Source: Catajapyx aquilonaris
Taxonomy: Eukaryota
Assembly: GCA_000934665.2 (NCBI GenBank)
Contig: JYFJ02002762.1
Location: forward strand, 1-51,436
Direction: 5' to 3'
Length of the DNA: 51,436 bases
Shown here: positions 13,701 to 26,200 of the stretch, in pieces
How positions within the stretch are numbered: position 1 is the first letter of the stretch
Layout: every line of letters begins with the position of its first letter
The notes under the pieces: generated by a model
What the model was told of the DNA's origin: nothing
The model's input: the letters and a program-made list of their open reading frames with translations, nothing else
Databases searched by the model: none
Translations under genes and position numbers: made by a program

Positions 13701-16700
13701 TCTGTTAGTGCCTACTGCTAAAATACAGCTTCAATTTTCATGTTACATGTCATGAAGAACCTCCACTAAAATGCTTGGAATGCGAAACGAGATAGTGCTT
13801 TAAAACCTTGTAGTAAGTTATATTTCCCTTTCATTTCTGCTCCATTAGTAACATAATTATCCTCCATTGGCGGAGGTCATCGGTGACACTTCCACACTTC
13901 CTATTGCATCCACAAGTGTAACTTCGGAAGTCATTGTCTGTACAGTACTGTACAGTAAAAGCCCTTGTTTTCCATTCTGCCGACCAATGCATGAACTACT
14001 GCGTAGTTGGATTAAAATTATGACCCCCATCTTTGATTATGCCTAGACCAATTATATTTTCCAAGAAGTAGCTCTTGAACCGTTTTCCAGGGTAACTGTA
14101 ATATTGCCCCAGTATTCAAAATTAATTACGCTGCAAGTTCCAAATCATTTCAGGCTATTTTCAAAAGCAATGCGATTTGTAATTACGCAGCGGAATATTA
14201 CACTGCTCGTGTGACCATATTTCTCGGAATGCCGATTCCACCCCTCTAGGTTTCGTAACCAAGCTCCCTCTGCACTTGAGATTAAATTAGACATAAGTTT
14301 CCCGACCGTTGTAAACAGATGACTACCGCGATAATCCATGGGTAGAAACATTCCTTCCAAGTGAGACGACATTTACTGGTCTAGTCCTCTTCTGGAGAAT
14401 TGCTTTTTCAGGACGTGACCTTAAAGCCTTACCACTTCCGGACCCTTTGAGACCCGGGAAACGAGACATCTTGCGATAATATTATCTCCCGGATTTTGAG
14501 TGTTATTGGTCCTAACGCACGGATTCTGCCCAAGTCGTTCTCTGATAAGCCCAACTTTATTCAAATGCGCCCACGACGTTCCAATTAACTACTCCCTAAA
14601 GCCACTCTTTAATGATTGCAATCGCCACAGACTATAGTTGCGTTCTAACACCGCACCTGCTATTTTTGCACCATAAAGGACAGTAATGGAGGATTCTCCA
14701 CCACTCAATTTCGTCCAGAAAAAAAATAAGAAGTAGAAAGTTTTTCTTTCCTTATAAGCAGTGCTGGAATCTGTTCGATGATGAAATTCGCCATCAATCA
14801 TAATCGTGTCACCCTTTTTTCGCGGTTTCAAAGCTGCAGAATTTCCTGGAAGGTCCACCCTGGAGCAAGGACGAAAATAACATCCACCTCCCCACCATTC
14901 CCATCTCCAGAGTTGGGAAAAAAAAGTGAGAGATCCGCGATATAAAACACGTAGTATTCTTTCTGAGAGTGTTTGGGGCGTGGTGGAGGAATCCCATTAA
15001 AAAGCTTGTCAGAATTGATTGGAATTTTAATGAGAAGCATCCGAGTTCTCGCCAAGTATTACAAATTCTCCCCACTAGGAATGGAGGGAGTAGCCTCAAA
15101 ATCGTCACTTGGACCGCCACGATCATGGTGCCAAAAACTGCCCAAAATTAGATTTCATCTGGGCCAAGGACAAACCTTTTCTAGTGTGAAATTGAACCTG
15201 GTGGGTAATTTTCTAATATTGATACGTCAGCTAGACGGTGAATCAGTTGAAAAGCTGAAGATGAGCAATATTGACATTTAATATAGAACGTCAATATTAG
15301 GATATGTATAATATAGACAGCTGCGATTGAATACAGTATATGAAGAATACAGTTGGTTGATATTAATTATGCGTAGGACCAAATGGGGCAATATTCAGCA
15401 GAAAATCCAATGTGGAATGATTGGAGGAATCAAGAAAACATTCCCATGGCATACATTAATTCCGCTCACAGTGTTGTGAGTCTCCAGGCCAAACTCGGCC
15501 AATTATTTTTCCTAATGAATTAATCCGGCCCGAAGTGGAATTGGAGCAGACGAAGCTGGCAAGGCGAACTGGTTCTAATTTAAAGCCGTGCTGGTACGGG
15601 TACTGTGAAAACATGACCACACAAGGAGGTACAGTCCCATATGTCGTGTTTTCCAGCTTATACAGACAGGTACTTGAAAAACCATTTTCTTGGAGGAACA
15701 ATGGCGGAAATAATTCGGTCCGAATCGATAGGGGTTCACCCAAAGTTGGAGAGGATTTGATGGAGACGAATGGAGGTAATTAGCCGTCAGGAGAGGAGAT
15801 ATTATGCAATAAGCTATTAGCATGTTAGGCGAGTGCTGGCGGAGCAGAAATTAATAATCTGCCTTTCTGGCTTGCAGAGAGTAATAATATTCTCCTCAGA
15901 TGCAACTCGATTACAGGACATACCGTTTCCTTTAATTCCCGTTAAGCTTGCACAAGACGGGTCAGCTGGATTTCAAAGCCCTAATGATTCTCGTAATTAA
16001 ACCAGCTCTATGTTGCCACATTCATGGGAGGCCATTTCATTTCTGCTGGATCTATTCTCTGCTCAGATTTCTTCCACTCTAAGGCAGCAGTTGACGTTAT
16101 ATCCAGGCATACCCCACTTCTGTTGTAACAAGTCAGATAGCTTAATTATGTAGCTTTAGTAATTGAAATTTTGGCAAATCGATTGGAAAATCTTTGGCCT
16201 GGTTCCCAACTGGAAACTAGTGAAATTGTGTTATTATGTTTGATGGCTGTGTCATTTTGAGGCAATGTCCACTTACAGTTTGACGCAAATATTTTGGGGG
16301 TCGTTGCGTACGTGATTTACAGCCTACCAAACAATAGAGGCCACAACGCTAAAACTTTAACACGTTCTAAATGTCCTGTAACCACATATGCTTCCAGATT
16401 AATTACTGAGAAATGTATTGCGAACGATAACAGCATGCTAACTCGCTGCAGAATAACTCTGTAACTGCCTGGTTCTAACTGAAATGTGGTCCGAATATAA
16501 CCACAGTAATTTGCTATGCTTTGGATGGGCGGTAGGCAGCTTACCTGCAATGAAAACCGGGTTTATTTTAGGGCAGGGACGGCATTAACTTATGCACGAT
16601 GCACACGTATGGTTATTAAATATTGACTAGTACCGGAAGCGAATGCGCGAGCCATGGTCAGATCGAAAGGTTAACTATAGAGAGTGGGAAATAATCACTT

Positions 16701-18205
16701 AAACACGTGAGATCCATCTCGACAATTAATCCGCAATTTGTAACATTACACATAAGTTGGCTTGTGCCTCTGTCCGCGGTGAGTCATCAGTAGTCTGCGC
16801 ATCTAGGTGAGAACTACCCGGCTGTGATGAACTATATAGAGGAATTTACAGGCGGCGCCTGGTATTGGTTTGTTGAGTAGGGATGATGAGAGATAAGACG
16901 CATCTCTACACAAAGTGGTAGTGAATCTACGCCTGTCAAGTAATTAGCTAGCATCTCCATTTTGAGCCTTGAGGCACTTATACACTTACTCCCACCCTCG
17001 CTTTCCCTAAACAACCATCAACCTTACTTCAGGAAGCTGGCCAAAAACTTTTCCCCATCTCCTTTTAATTAAAACCGCCCGCTTTTGTGGGTTTTGTTGG
17101 GTAAATTTCACGCCCTGTGAGTACGTCCCCATACAAAAAAAAATAACTTTCTCCTGAGGTAGAAAATAGAAAAAAAGGCTGCTGGTAGAAAAGAAAAAAA
17201 AAAATTGGGAAAGCTTCGGCCTCTAGGAATTCAAATCAGAGCTGAAAAAAGGTGTCTTTATGCTCAGTGGGACATGTGTCTGGACATTGGACATGTGCTC
17301 TTTGCAGATGAAATTGATTGCATTTGAAACTGTTTTGCTTTGAAGTAGCATGTGGGCCTCTTAAAAAAAGTTAGTTTAAAACAGGAAACAATTTCTGGGA
17401 GAACGTACTCAATGTAGGATTTGAGTCGAACAATCGTTAACATTGTTTTTCAATGATGTTATATGACCAGCTCCACAAAGGAGAAAGTTGCGGCCATACC
17501 TCGGACCATACATTGTCATGGTTGCACTTCACCACAGTGTTATATCATATGCATGTTACCTATGTACCCACAGCATGACAATTCAATAATATTATCACAA
17601 TAGTGTAGAACGATTATGTGACTCACCATATCTGTGAATTAATATGCATTAAACTATATTGGTCCATTAGGCGTACAGTAAATAGGTTAGACTACGTTAA
17701 TGAAATTATTTGGTACTGTACCTGTAGCATACCCGTGAAGGTCGGAGTACACAAATGACACGCAATGTGCATTTGGTTCAACATTAGGTAAAGACACTGT
17801 CTTGTACAATATGCTGCCCATTGCAGCAAACAGTAAAATACTGTATGCCTACTTATGTATACTGTAATTATTATAGTGCAGGAGTAGTATTACACTTATG
17901 AACATGTCATAAGACGAGTGAATTAAACATAAACAGTGTATATGCTACCGGCAAAGTGTGAAATCCGGCATTATGAACCGCTAGAATGCCTGAAACGGGC
18001 CGAGTCGGCCGACAAAGTATGAGATGAGTCTTGTTTCATGCATTGCCTAGGCATTTTATATTATGCCTAAGGGCAAACCGCAAAGTACTGTATATAAATA
18101 CTCCCGGCCACGCTCCAGGAACAAAGATTGGGCTACTCTTTCATATCGGGAGATTCCGTATACTATTACCTCGTACTGTACTTTCCTAAGCTTGTATCCA
18201 AGCTG

Positions 18206-18290
18206 GTATCTGCTGAAGGATAGGCCTGTATCCGCCGAAGGATGTGCGCGTATCCGCTGTATATAGGTCTGTATCCGCAAGGAAGGAAGG
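18206..18290 (+). repeat. Short minisatellite, 4 units of ~21-22 bp with GTATCYGC core
   Basis: Units start at 18206 (GTATCTGCTGAAGGATAGGCCT), 18228 (GTATCCGCCGAAGGATGTGCGC), 18250 (GTATCCGCTGTATATAGGTCT) and 18271 (GTATCCGCAAGGAAGG). Confidence 0.7.
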
Positions 18291-19506
18291 TTGGGTTATG
18301 GGTTATGTTGGTATAGCGTGCCCTAGGGTTGATCGTACCACACCGCTTGTAGTGCAAACATTGCCTCTGGATCGAGGACGGGAGTACTCATATTCTATAC
18401 TTTGACGGTTTTCCCTTCATATTGCCGCAGACGAGTAGGTGGAAAAGGTTCCACAAGTGGAGGCACATATTGCATGGTAGGCATATTTGATGCGACCAAG
18501 AGTGAGTTAAATAGCTCATAATGATTATTTTTAATAATTAAACGAATCATTAAATGTGGTGCATCCACAATACATGCTAGTCCACAAATCTGGCATACCC
18601 TTCATAGTGTATAGCCACTGACAATAAAGGGATGTCAAGGGGGATACCGGTACTGACATTGGCTATTATCTTGTAGAATGCATGCTGATGAAATTATGCG
18701 ACGTTACAGGAGTGTTAAAACGCATAGTCAGAGAATGCGGATAATATTGTAGTTGGATAATAAAAACTTTCGTTACCATGCTTAATTTGGCCCTTTAGCA
18801 AATATTGACCCATTTCTATAGCATGTGCTGCACGTGATTCTGACAGAAACACGTTTAGATTTGCAATGAAATACTGGTGATACCATGTGTAGCGGATGTG
18901 TGCAAACTCTGAATTCAGTGCGCGGTTAAGTTAATTTGACATTGACAAAATGTAAAGAAGACAATTACATCACTGATGTTACATTTTACAGAATGAGAGA
19001 CTGAAAATTGTCACACCAGTGCAGGTGTTGAAGTTGTTTGTTTTTTCAATTCCATGCGAAGAGTACGTGATATTCTGAGAGAGGAAAAAAATCTGCATTC
19101 ATGTTTCGTTATTTCCTTGTACTGTCACCTGCCTACTGAAATAGAGCGCAGCCTCGTTTTTGCATGCATTACATACGGTGTGAATTTCATTGCTTAGAAA
19201 TGAAACAAGTCTGGTGAAATAATATCGTTGTGTTAAATCAGAAATTTTCATCGGCAAACAATAACCTATTCACTTTAGCGTCTGGTGTATATAGTCGATT
19301 TAATTTGGGCCGTGTTCATTTCATGGCGCTTTTTGGCAATAAAATCTGATGAAGGCCCCCCCGTGCTTTCCAGGAGCCATCTTGAGCTCATCACCGATAT
19401 TAAGAACCGAAGGATCTGTCCTGATGAGTTTAGGAATACTTGGCGTACCGTTTGGATCCAAATGAGACGCTTAGGAATGAGATGCATTTCCCGTGATTAT
19501 TTGCAG

Positions 19507-19690
19507 GCTACAACACGTACACGTACAACGAAACGGCGCATACGAAGCGTGTTCCCGACGAAATCCTCAGCGTCACTTATGAAGACGGGAAGTGGAGCAA
19601 ACCTTACTTCGACTGCGGAGGCGGAAACATCTGGATGATGACCTACACCGTGCCCTTCTTCGGATACTCCAACGGAACGTACTTTTTCAA
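19507..19690 (+). CDS. CG31760: Internal coding exon A of a GPR158/179-family GPCR (CG31760-like); Cache-like ectodomain
   Basis: Acceptor ttgcag| at 19501-19506, donor |gtaagt at 19691. 184 nt, phase 1 to phase 2. Translates as (G)YNTYTYNETAHTKRVPDEILSVTYEDGKWSKPYFDCGGGNIWMMTYTVPFFGYSNGTYFF(K). The WSKPYxDCGGGNIW..TYTVPFFG motif is characteristic of the family (recognised from memory, no search run). This frame is not in the ORF track. Confidence 0.95.
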
Positions 19691-22600
19691 GTAAGTTCAT
19701 TTCCTCTCTAGCTCTTTATACGCCGCCAGGAATGATTAAATACCAGGAGTACGATGGTCTCTCTGCTGGGGTCTAATTGGGGTTCAGTGCCCCCGACCGG
19801 GCACCCAATAGGTGGAAAGGGCTAGGCCGGTGGTTCCACTTCGACCCCATGAGAAAAGGTCCTTCTCCCTGCCTGATGTCCTATACAGTGAAGACCACAA
19901 CCGACATGTAGCCCGCAAGGACCAGAAACTAATTAAGAGTTTTGTCATCCGTACTTGATGAAGTGTCGTAGGCAGAGTGGACGCTATTCAAACCATACAG
20001 TGTACTGAGCTGTTGCAGTTCGGATGGGTTCAGTCTCTCATTTAACAAAAGATGAAACCAAACCATTTAATCGTAATAGCCTCAAAGCAGCAATAATTAT
20101 CCAGATAATGACAGAAAAATTACTTCAATTCTCTCCCTCTAAAACAACGGAAAAGTGATGCTGTAAACTTAGTTGATAGACACTGCATTTCCTTCTAGAT
20201 TGTTTTGATTGCTTATCAAGTCAGGCATTAACGTAGTGTATTTACACTAGTTAGAGCACGCTTCGCTGAGGGATCTAACAGTTTACTGACGCCAGAGTGA
20301 ACTAATTGCGCAAGCAAATTTGTTTAATCGTATCTGACGTCATGATGCATTGGCTTCATCGCTTAAACCTCTTCAGGAAATAATGCGGCACCACCTCATC
20401 TTGAAGAGGTCATTTGATTTGTCAGCCGGCCTGGTGTTTATTCAAAGTGATTGAGGCAAACGTTTAAATTTCACGACTCTCTCAGGTGCAATATTCCCGG
20501 GCGAAGAAGGATTGCAGAGCAGCTCGGTCAGTACTAATCTGATTACGCTATTAACAACAGTTATGAGGAATTATGAAAGCATTAGGAGGCAGGCGATGCG
20601 GAACTTGTTGATTGGTCCTCGCAATATACGGTACGTACTCTACGGGATAGAGTGAATTTTAAAGCCTTGTTCTCATGGATGCGGTTACTCTACTTCCTTC
20701 ATCCCAAATGGTTTTATTTATTCCTGAAAAAACTGATTGTGACTAATAGGATTATAAAAAACCTGGAGTCTTTTAAAGATATTTTAAAATAGGCATACCA
20801 CGATTATTACATCAGCACAGGACATTGCCCCTCTACACATACCTTCCGTTAAATACTGTACTAATTAATTATATGCGAGTAGTTGGATTCAAGTTACTCT
20901 TACCATTATGCCTGACTATGCGGGTTTTGCCTCTGGGTCAGAACTAAGCCACTCGCCTTTAACAGGAGATGTTCCGCTCAAGCTTTTCTTTCTTTACCCC
21001 CAATTCCCACCTAATCCTATGCTATCCTTATCCTGATATAGGCTATTTTAAGCTGGAACCATTGGTTCCAGGTTGTGTTAAGTTGAAAACTGCTGGTCTT
21101 GATATCCTTGGAGGCGCCATACTCCGAGCTACGGGCGCCTATAAATTAAGTAACACCAGAGGGTGTATCCAGGGGAAGAGGAAGGAGGGAAAGAGGGTTA
21201 CCTAATCATTCTGGAGAGGGTCTTATGCTGCTAGCTGGAGCAACACAACTTTTCAACGGCGCATATTTGCTCAGGCTGAAAAAAGAAACAGTTATGATGT
21301 AACCAGATAATACGTTGCGTAATATTGCGCTGTAAACTAGCTGTGAGGACTACTAAAACGTACTTTTGTCGTAGTTATGACGGAGGAGGCATCCGTCTTT
21401 TCCTGGATTGGGAAGGGAACCGCCTTTCTCCCATTGACTTCAATCGAACCTTTAGCCTTGAGCCCTTGCACTTTCTCGGAATTCCTTGCGCGCTACTAGT
21501 GTTATCTGAGGAGGTAAAAGAGCCACGGAGCAAGGAGCACAGGTTGATTCCAGACCGACCTGACAAGCTAACCAGACAGATAAGCCCGACGACAGATGAT
21601 AAAAAGGCGATCCAGCTCCAAGACAAGCCAGCCGGAGGATTCCGTGGTAGAGGAGGTAACCTACATATAGTCAGTACAATGATAATCAAGTGATAATTAA
21701 GAAGGCTGATTAAAATGTGTCATATTTGACTTCAACTATCCTGTACCTTGGGACTCATCCATCAAGTCTTTCCCTGCGAGAGTTCTCCCCCTTTGCTGTG
21801 TGACCTTCTGCAATACTTTTGATTTTTATCTGCTGGAAATGTCCAGAGAGTTTGCCGCTGAAGTTTAGAGGGCAGCTGCTAGATCCTACTAGCACACAAT
21901 GTAATCATACTGTATATGCGTACGTTCACTACAGTTTAATGCTACCGGATGCGGAAGCCACTAATTTGAGGTAGGGTAAAGTGGTTCTTTGTCAGAGGTC
22001 GGGATTGTTAAGTTTGCCTATACATCGGTACTGCAGGTTTAAAATGGTTGAAACAATGACTATAGGAATGACGCAACAAAAAGCTAGTCTATGTCAATCA
22101 TGGCGTTGCGTTATTGTCTCAATGATTGTGCCGCACTTGGCTATATAGGTTGTTTAAACAAGTGTAATTCAATTACTATCATAAAATTGATTTGCTAACG
22201 ATGTGCCATTTTCACACGTTTCCGTTTCATGTCTATGTTTTTTCTCATATCATAGGCCTACTTTCCATTTTGACAATAATTGGGCTAGAAATCTATACGT
22301 ACTCAGGGAGATGCCAACCCTACCAGTACAGTGATCTGATTTGAAAGATCTCATGGAGCAGAATAGTCTTGATCTCATTTTTGGGCTTAAGTAAATACCA
22401 TTTAAAATGTTGAATAACCTATCTCTGTATTATTTTATTAGAATTGATGAAAATATCTGAAACTGCTTCAGTTATTCTTGTAACATACAGTATAGAAGTT
22501 TTCAAAATATATTACGTTGCATAGAAAACGGAGTTCGCAGTGATCCTAGGTATATTAGCCTTGTTGAAAACCTCCAAGTACTGACTTCAATATTCTCTCC

Positions 22601-22950
22601 GGAGATTCTCTCTTCAGTATAAGTTAATCGCTGTTCAAATTTAAAGGTCTACATTTAAAAATGGAAAGCTCGCCTCTATGTAGACCTAATAATCATATGC
22701 TGATATATTACGTAATAGCCAGTTATGCTCTGCAAAAGCGTTGCCGTTTCAATATTACGGTCTTTGACAACTACAATTTTATGCATTCAATAACTGTGAC
22801 CATTGTCAGTTCCCAGGAACAACATTAAAAAAGTAGAAATCATTGCGTAAAGAGGGTTATTTAGAAGATGTGAAAAGTTGATAATAAACTACGCTCTTTA
22901 ATCCGAGTAGAGGTTTTGTATGTGACACATTTTTTTAAAAACCAATTGTT

Positions 22951-23281
22951 TTTTTTGTACCCTGTTATCTGGCCGATAGGCCATTTCTAGGGGGGTGGAT
23001 TACCACCATTGGGGGTTTGGAGCGATATACATATATGTATTTAATTGCTCCAAGGGTAATTAGGAGGGGATGTGCAAAGTGCAAGTGCAATGTCGTTGCT
23101 TGGTCATTTTGTGAACTCCCCGCCTACTACAGTGGGCTAGTCTAGCGGAAATTCCCACCCGAAACGAAGCCAGAGATGGCCCAACTCTGCACGAAAGAAG
23201 GTGGGAACCCCGGGTGGGGATTGAACCCGGGACCTTAACTTCCGTGGGCGCGCGCGTTACCGCGGCGCCACTCCGTCTCCC
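22951..23281 (-). mobile_element. Full-length tRNA-derived SINE (~330 bp) with A-tail and 14-bp target-site duplication
   Basis: The minus-strand head GGAGACGGAGTGGCGCCGCGGTAACGCGCGCGCCCACGGAAGTTAAGGTCCCGGGTTCAATCCCC has a Pol III A box (23260-23270) and B box (23217-23227). The 3' end reads ...GGCCTATCGGCCAGATAACAGGGTAC-(A)n. Direct repeat AAAAACCAATTGTT flanks it at 22937-22950 and 23285-23298. Confidence 0.88.
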
Positions 23282-26200
23282 TAAAAAAACCAATTGTTAC
23301 TTATTGAGTCTCCGCAGTACAGGTACCACTGGTGATATGCAATATCTCTCTTCCCTGAAATATAAAGGCGTGTGATTAGCTGGAAATATTTGCTATTTAC
23401 GTGCCAACAAGCCCATAAACTAGCATAATTATTGTCCGTCATGTGGAAGGGCAGTATGTCATAATAAACTCTCAGTAGAAAATTTACATGCAATAATCAG
23501 TTTAATTTAGCCAATGTCATCATTCGTTTACCTTTTTGGAGTGATTATGATTTTACCGAACGTTTTCCTTTGACAATGAGCAGGGATAGAGCAAATAGTT
23601 CACCCATTTTATCCATTTAATTTAAAAGTGACTACTATCGTAAGAATACCTTTCGTATTTGTTTTTTAAAGATACATAATATGCATGTCATGTGCTTGGC
23701 ACTTTGCCATTAAATGAAATATCATGTTAAGAGAAACATTACCAACGTATGTAATTCACATAGGCAATGCATTGTTACTGCCATGGGTGAAACCCCGGCA
23801 CCTCATGATTTGGAGTTTTGGCTCACCCTGTAAATGGTTTGCGCCAGTCACGACTACAGCCGGAGTAGTGTTTCTGTTACATTTTTGCGGTCCTCACAGC
23901 ATGATATGATGTGCAATAACTGTCACTTCATATGAGCAATTATTATTAATATTGTATTTTGTGTAGTGCGTACTTTGCTGAAATGAGAATTTCTATTGAT
24001 AGGTAGAAATTATAGCCATATTTCGTTCCCTTGTTACAAATTTAGTGGGAAGGTTCGAGCAGTACTAGGCAGATAAATAATTTATGACTTCCATTACGCC
24101 TGTGTGGTTTTATAGGGATTCTATATAATTTAAACTGGGTTAGGCTCACAAAAATGAGCTTCATGTGAATTATTAAAGACAAAAGAGGAGCTACAAAAAT
24201 ATGAGTTTAATATCCTGCCTTTTGAGAATTATAATGAGTAAGACATTAATTAATTGCTATCGAAGGATTATATTTAATCACTTTTGTCTCCTGATTTAAG
24301 AAGTAGGCTACGTATAAAGTGTGCATGCGCATAATTTATATTTTAAAAATTGATATCTCTAGGCCTACTACGTCGATTCATTAATAATAATGGCCTGGCC
24401 AATTAGGGCCTATACATATGTTACCAACCCGCACTTACATCACTTGCGTCATATCTATGATGACCACTCTCCTCATAATTCTACAAAACCAGAATCACAC
24501 ATACAGAATACAAATATCCAAAAATAATAATAATCCAAATTCCAGGCCACAATTTATGAGAGTAACTCCAATAGCAATTATATGTCTTTGTGCAAGTCGA
24601 AAGTTTAGTGACTTTGAGCCGCTGACCACTAGTGGCCATTTAGTCGACGATGCATGGCTTAGTACTATTCGAATCCCAGTTTAAGACCCCGTGATTTAGA
24701 GTTGTATAGCGCGGCTGCAACCAGACGCGAAAAACCTTTTCATGCATGCACAGTAATCTAAATTATGGGCAGTAAACTTCGCGTATGGCCAAGTTAAGGT
24801 CTCTCCGCACTGACCTTCGCACTATGTGGAAGCCATCACGTGCAAAAAATGCGCAAAATTAAATTTTAGAGAGGCTCTGCAGCAGAGACGACAAGCAAAT
24901 CCAATTAGAATATTTTCGTCACGCGGTTTGGTTGGGAACGGAAATGGACGAAACCGATCTGGGTTATTTCCAGTTGCTATCGATCACGTAGCCGAACATA
25001 ATAGTCACGTCGTGTAATGTTGCAATGGACTTGCTTCCAAAATATCTAGAGCTAATTGAACCCTATACGAGACATGTCATGTGACGCAATGATAATGTTT
25101 GCTCTAATGAACTAATTAGCGAGATGCGCTTCTTCCTGGGCATAATTGTACGCACTAATTATCTGTTTTTGACGTTAGGGAGACACTCGCATCATCAGTG
25201 GCTGGCTTGCTAAATTCCCTTGCAGTTATCGCCCTCATCCTTCTGGCTCCTTTTTACTCGAAACACTCCCACAATCCCCACTTTCACGCTTTACAGGCCC
25301 TTTAAACGTACGAGTTAGCTGCACCAAATTCGAGTATCAAAGTTTCAACGTCCCCATTCGTTTGTGCTTTGTGCTCGCCTGTGACCAACGCTACATGGAC
25401 CGTAGGGTCTATTCCTGCCTTACTAGAAATACCCTCATTGGAGCTAGTGTGGAACAATTTGAGATTAGCTAAAATAATGACAATAATAATTTTTGCCCGC
25501 TGGAATAATATTGGTTGCCTTTTAAGAATTTTGTAACAAATGTAACCAAATACATACTTTGTAAAAATGTGTTCCAAATTATTAATTCACGATTAAGGCT
25601 GTTGTTATTACTTATTATGCTTCAAGACATTTATTGGACTTTTTGGATCTGCTTCTATGGAGATACCTAGGTAATGCACGACAGTGGAATTTTTTCGGAG
25701 TATAAAATGCAGATTTATTTGTTCTGAAAATTCAACTCCAGGAATGGCCTCCTTTGTCCATCTCAACCAAAATTCTATAGCATTATTTATAGGTGTAATA
25801 GCCTGTCTAGATACCAATCCGGGTGTGTTCAAACACGCACACCCGTTCAACCCAGTCTATGCCGATTGATATTGATGTATGTTCCTGATCTAACATTGAC
25901 CTTACAGAGAGCGTTGCAAAATTTGCACAATCATTACGTCTTGAATGTAGGTTCATTACAACCGTATGAAATAGAATAACCTTAGTTAACTCTGCCTTTA
26001 TTACGGGACAAAGGCAGGTTAGGCTAATAAATGTAAGCAGTAGGGATCACCCTGCAGGTTATTCCAATCCACGATTTTCAGTGCTAGGTTGGTTTCTTCA
26101 TACCTGTCTGTGCAAACTTAACATACCGTACCTTTATCTTCATAATAATGCAAAGTCGCTTAAAAGAACAAAGGCAACTTCGTCGTATAATTTTTTAAGA

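Noticed and set aside
18206..18290. Regularly spaced repeat resembling a CRISPR array
   Set aside because: The period is only ~22 bp, there are no unique ~30-bp spacers or cas genes, and the context is a eukaryotic intron.
19285..19638. 117-aa ORF overlapping exon A
   Set aside because: This is the wrong reading frame; the conserved GPCR peptide is in another frame bounded by splice sites.
23195..23281. Possible tRNA gene on the minus strand
   Set aside because: Acceptor and anticodon stems do not pair properly, and it is the head of a TSD-flanked SINE.
25608..25850. ORF with INNAIEFWLRWTKEAIPGVEF, vaguely like a DNA-transposase C-terminal segment
   Set aside because: A single weak resemblance with no catalytic motif nearby.
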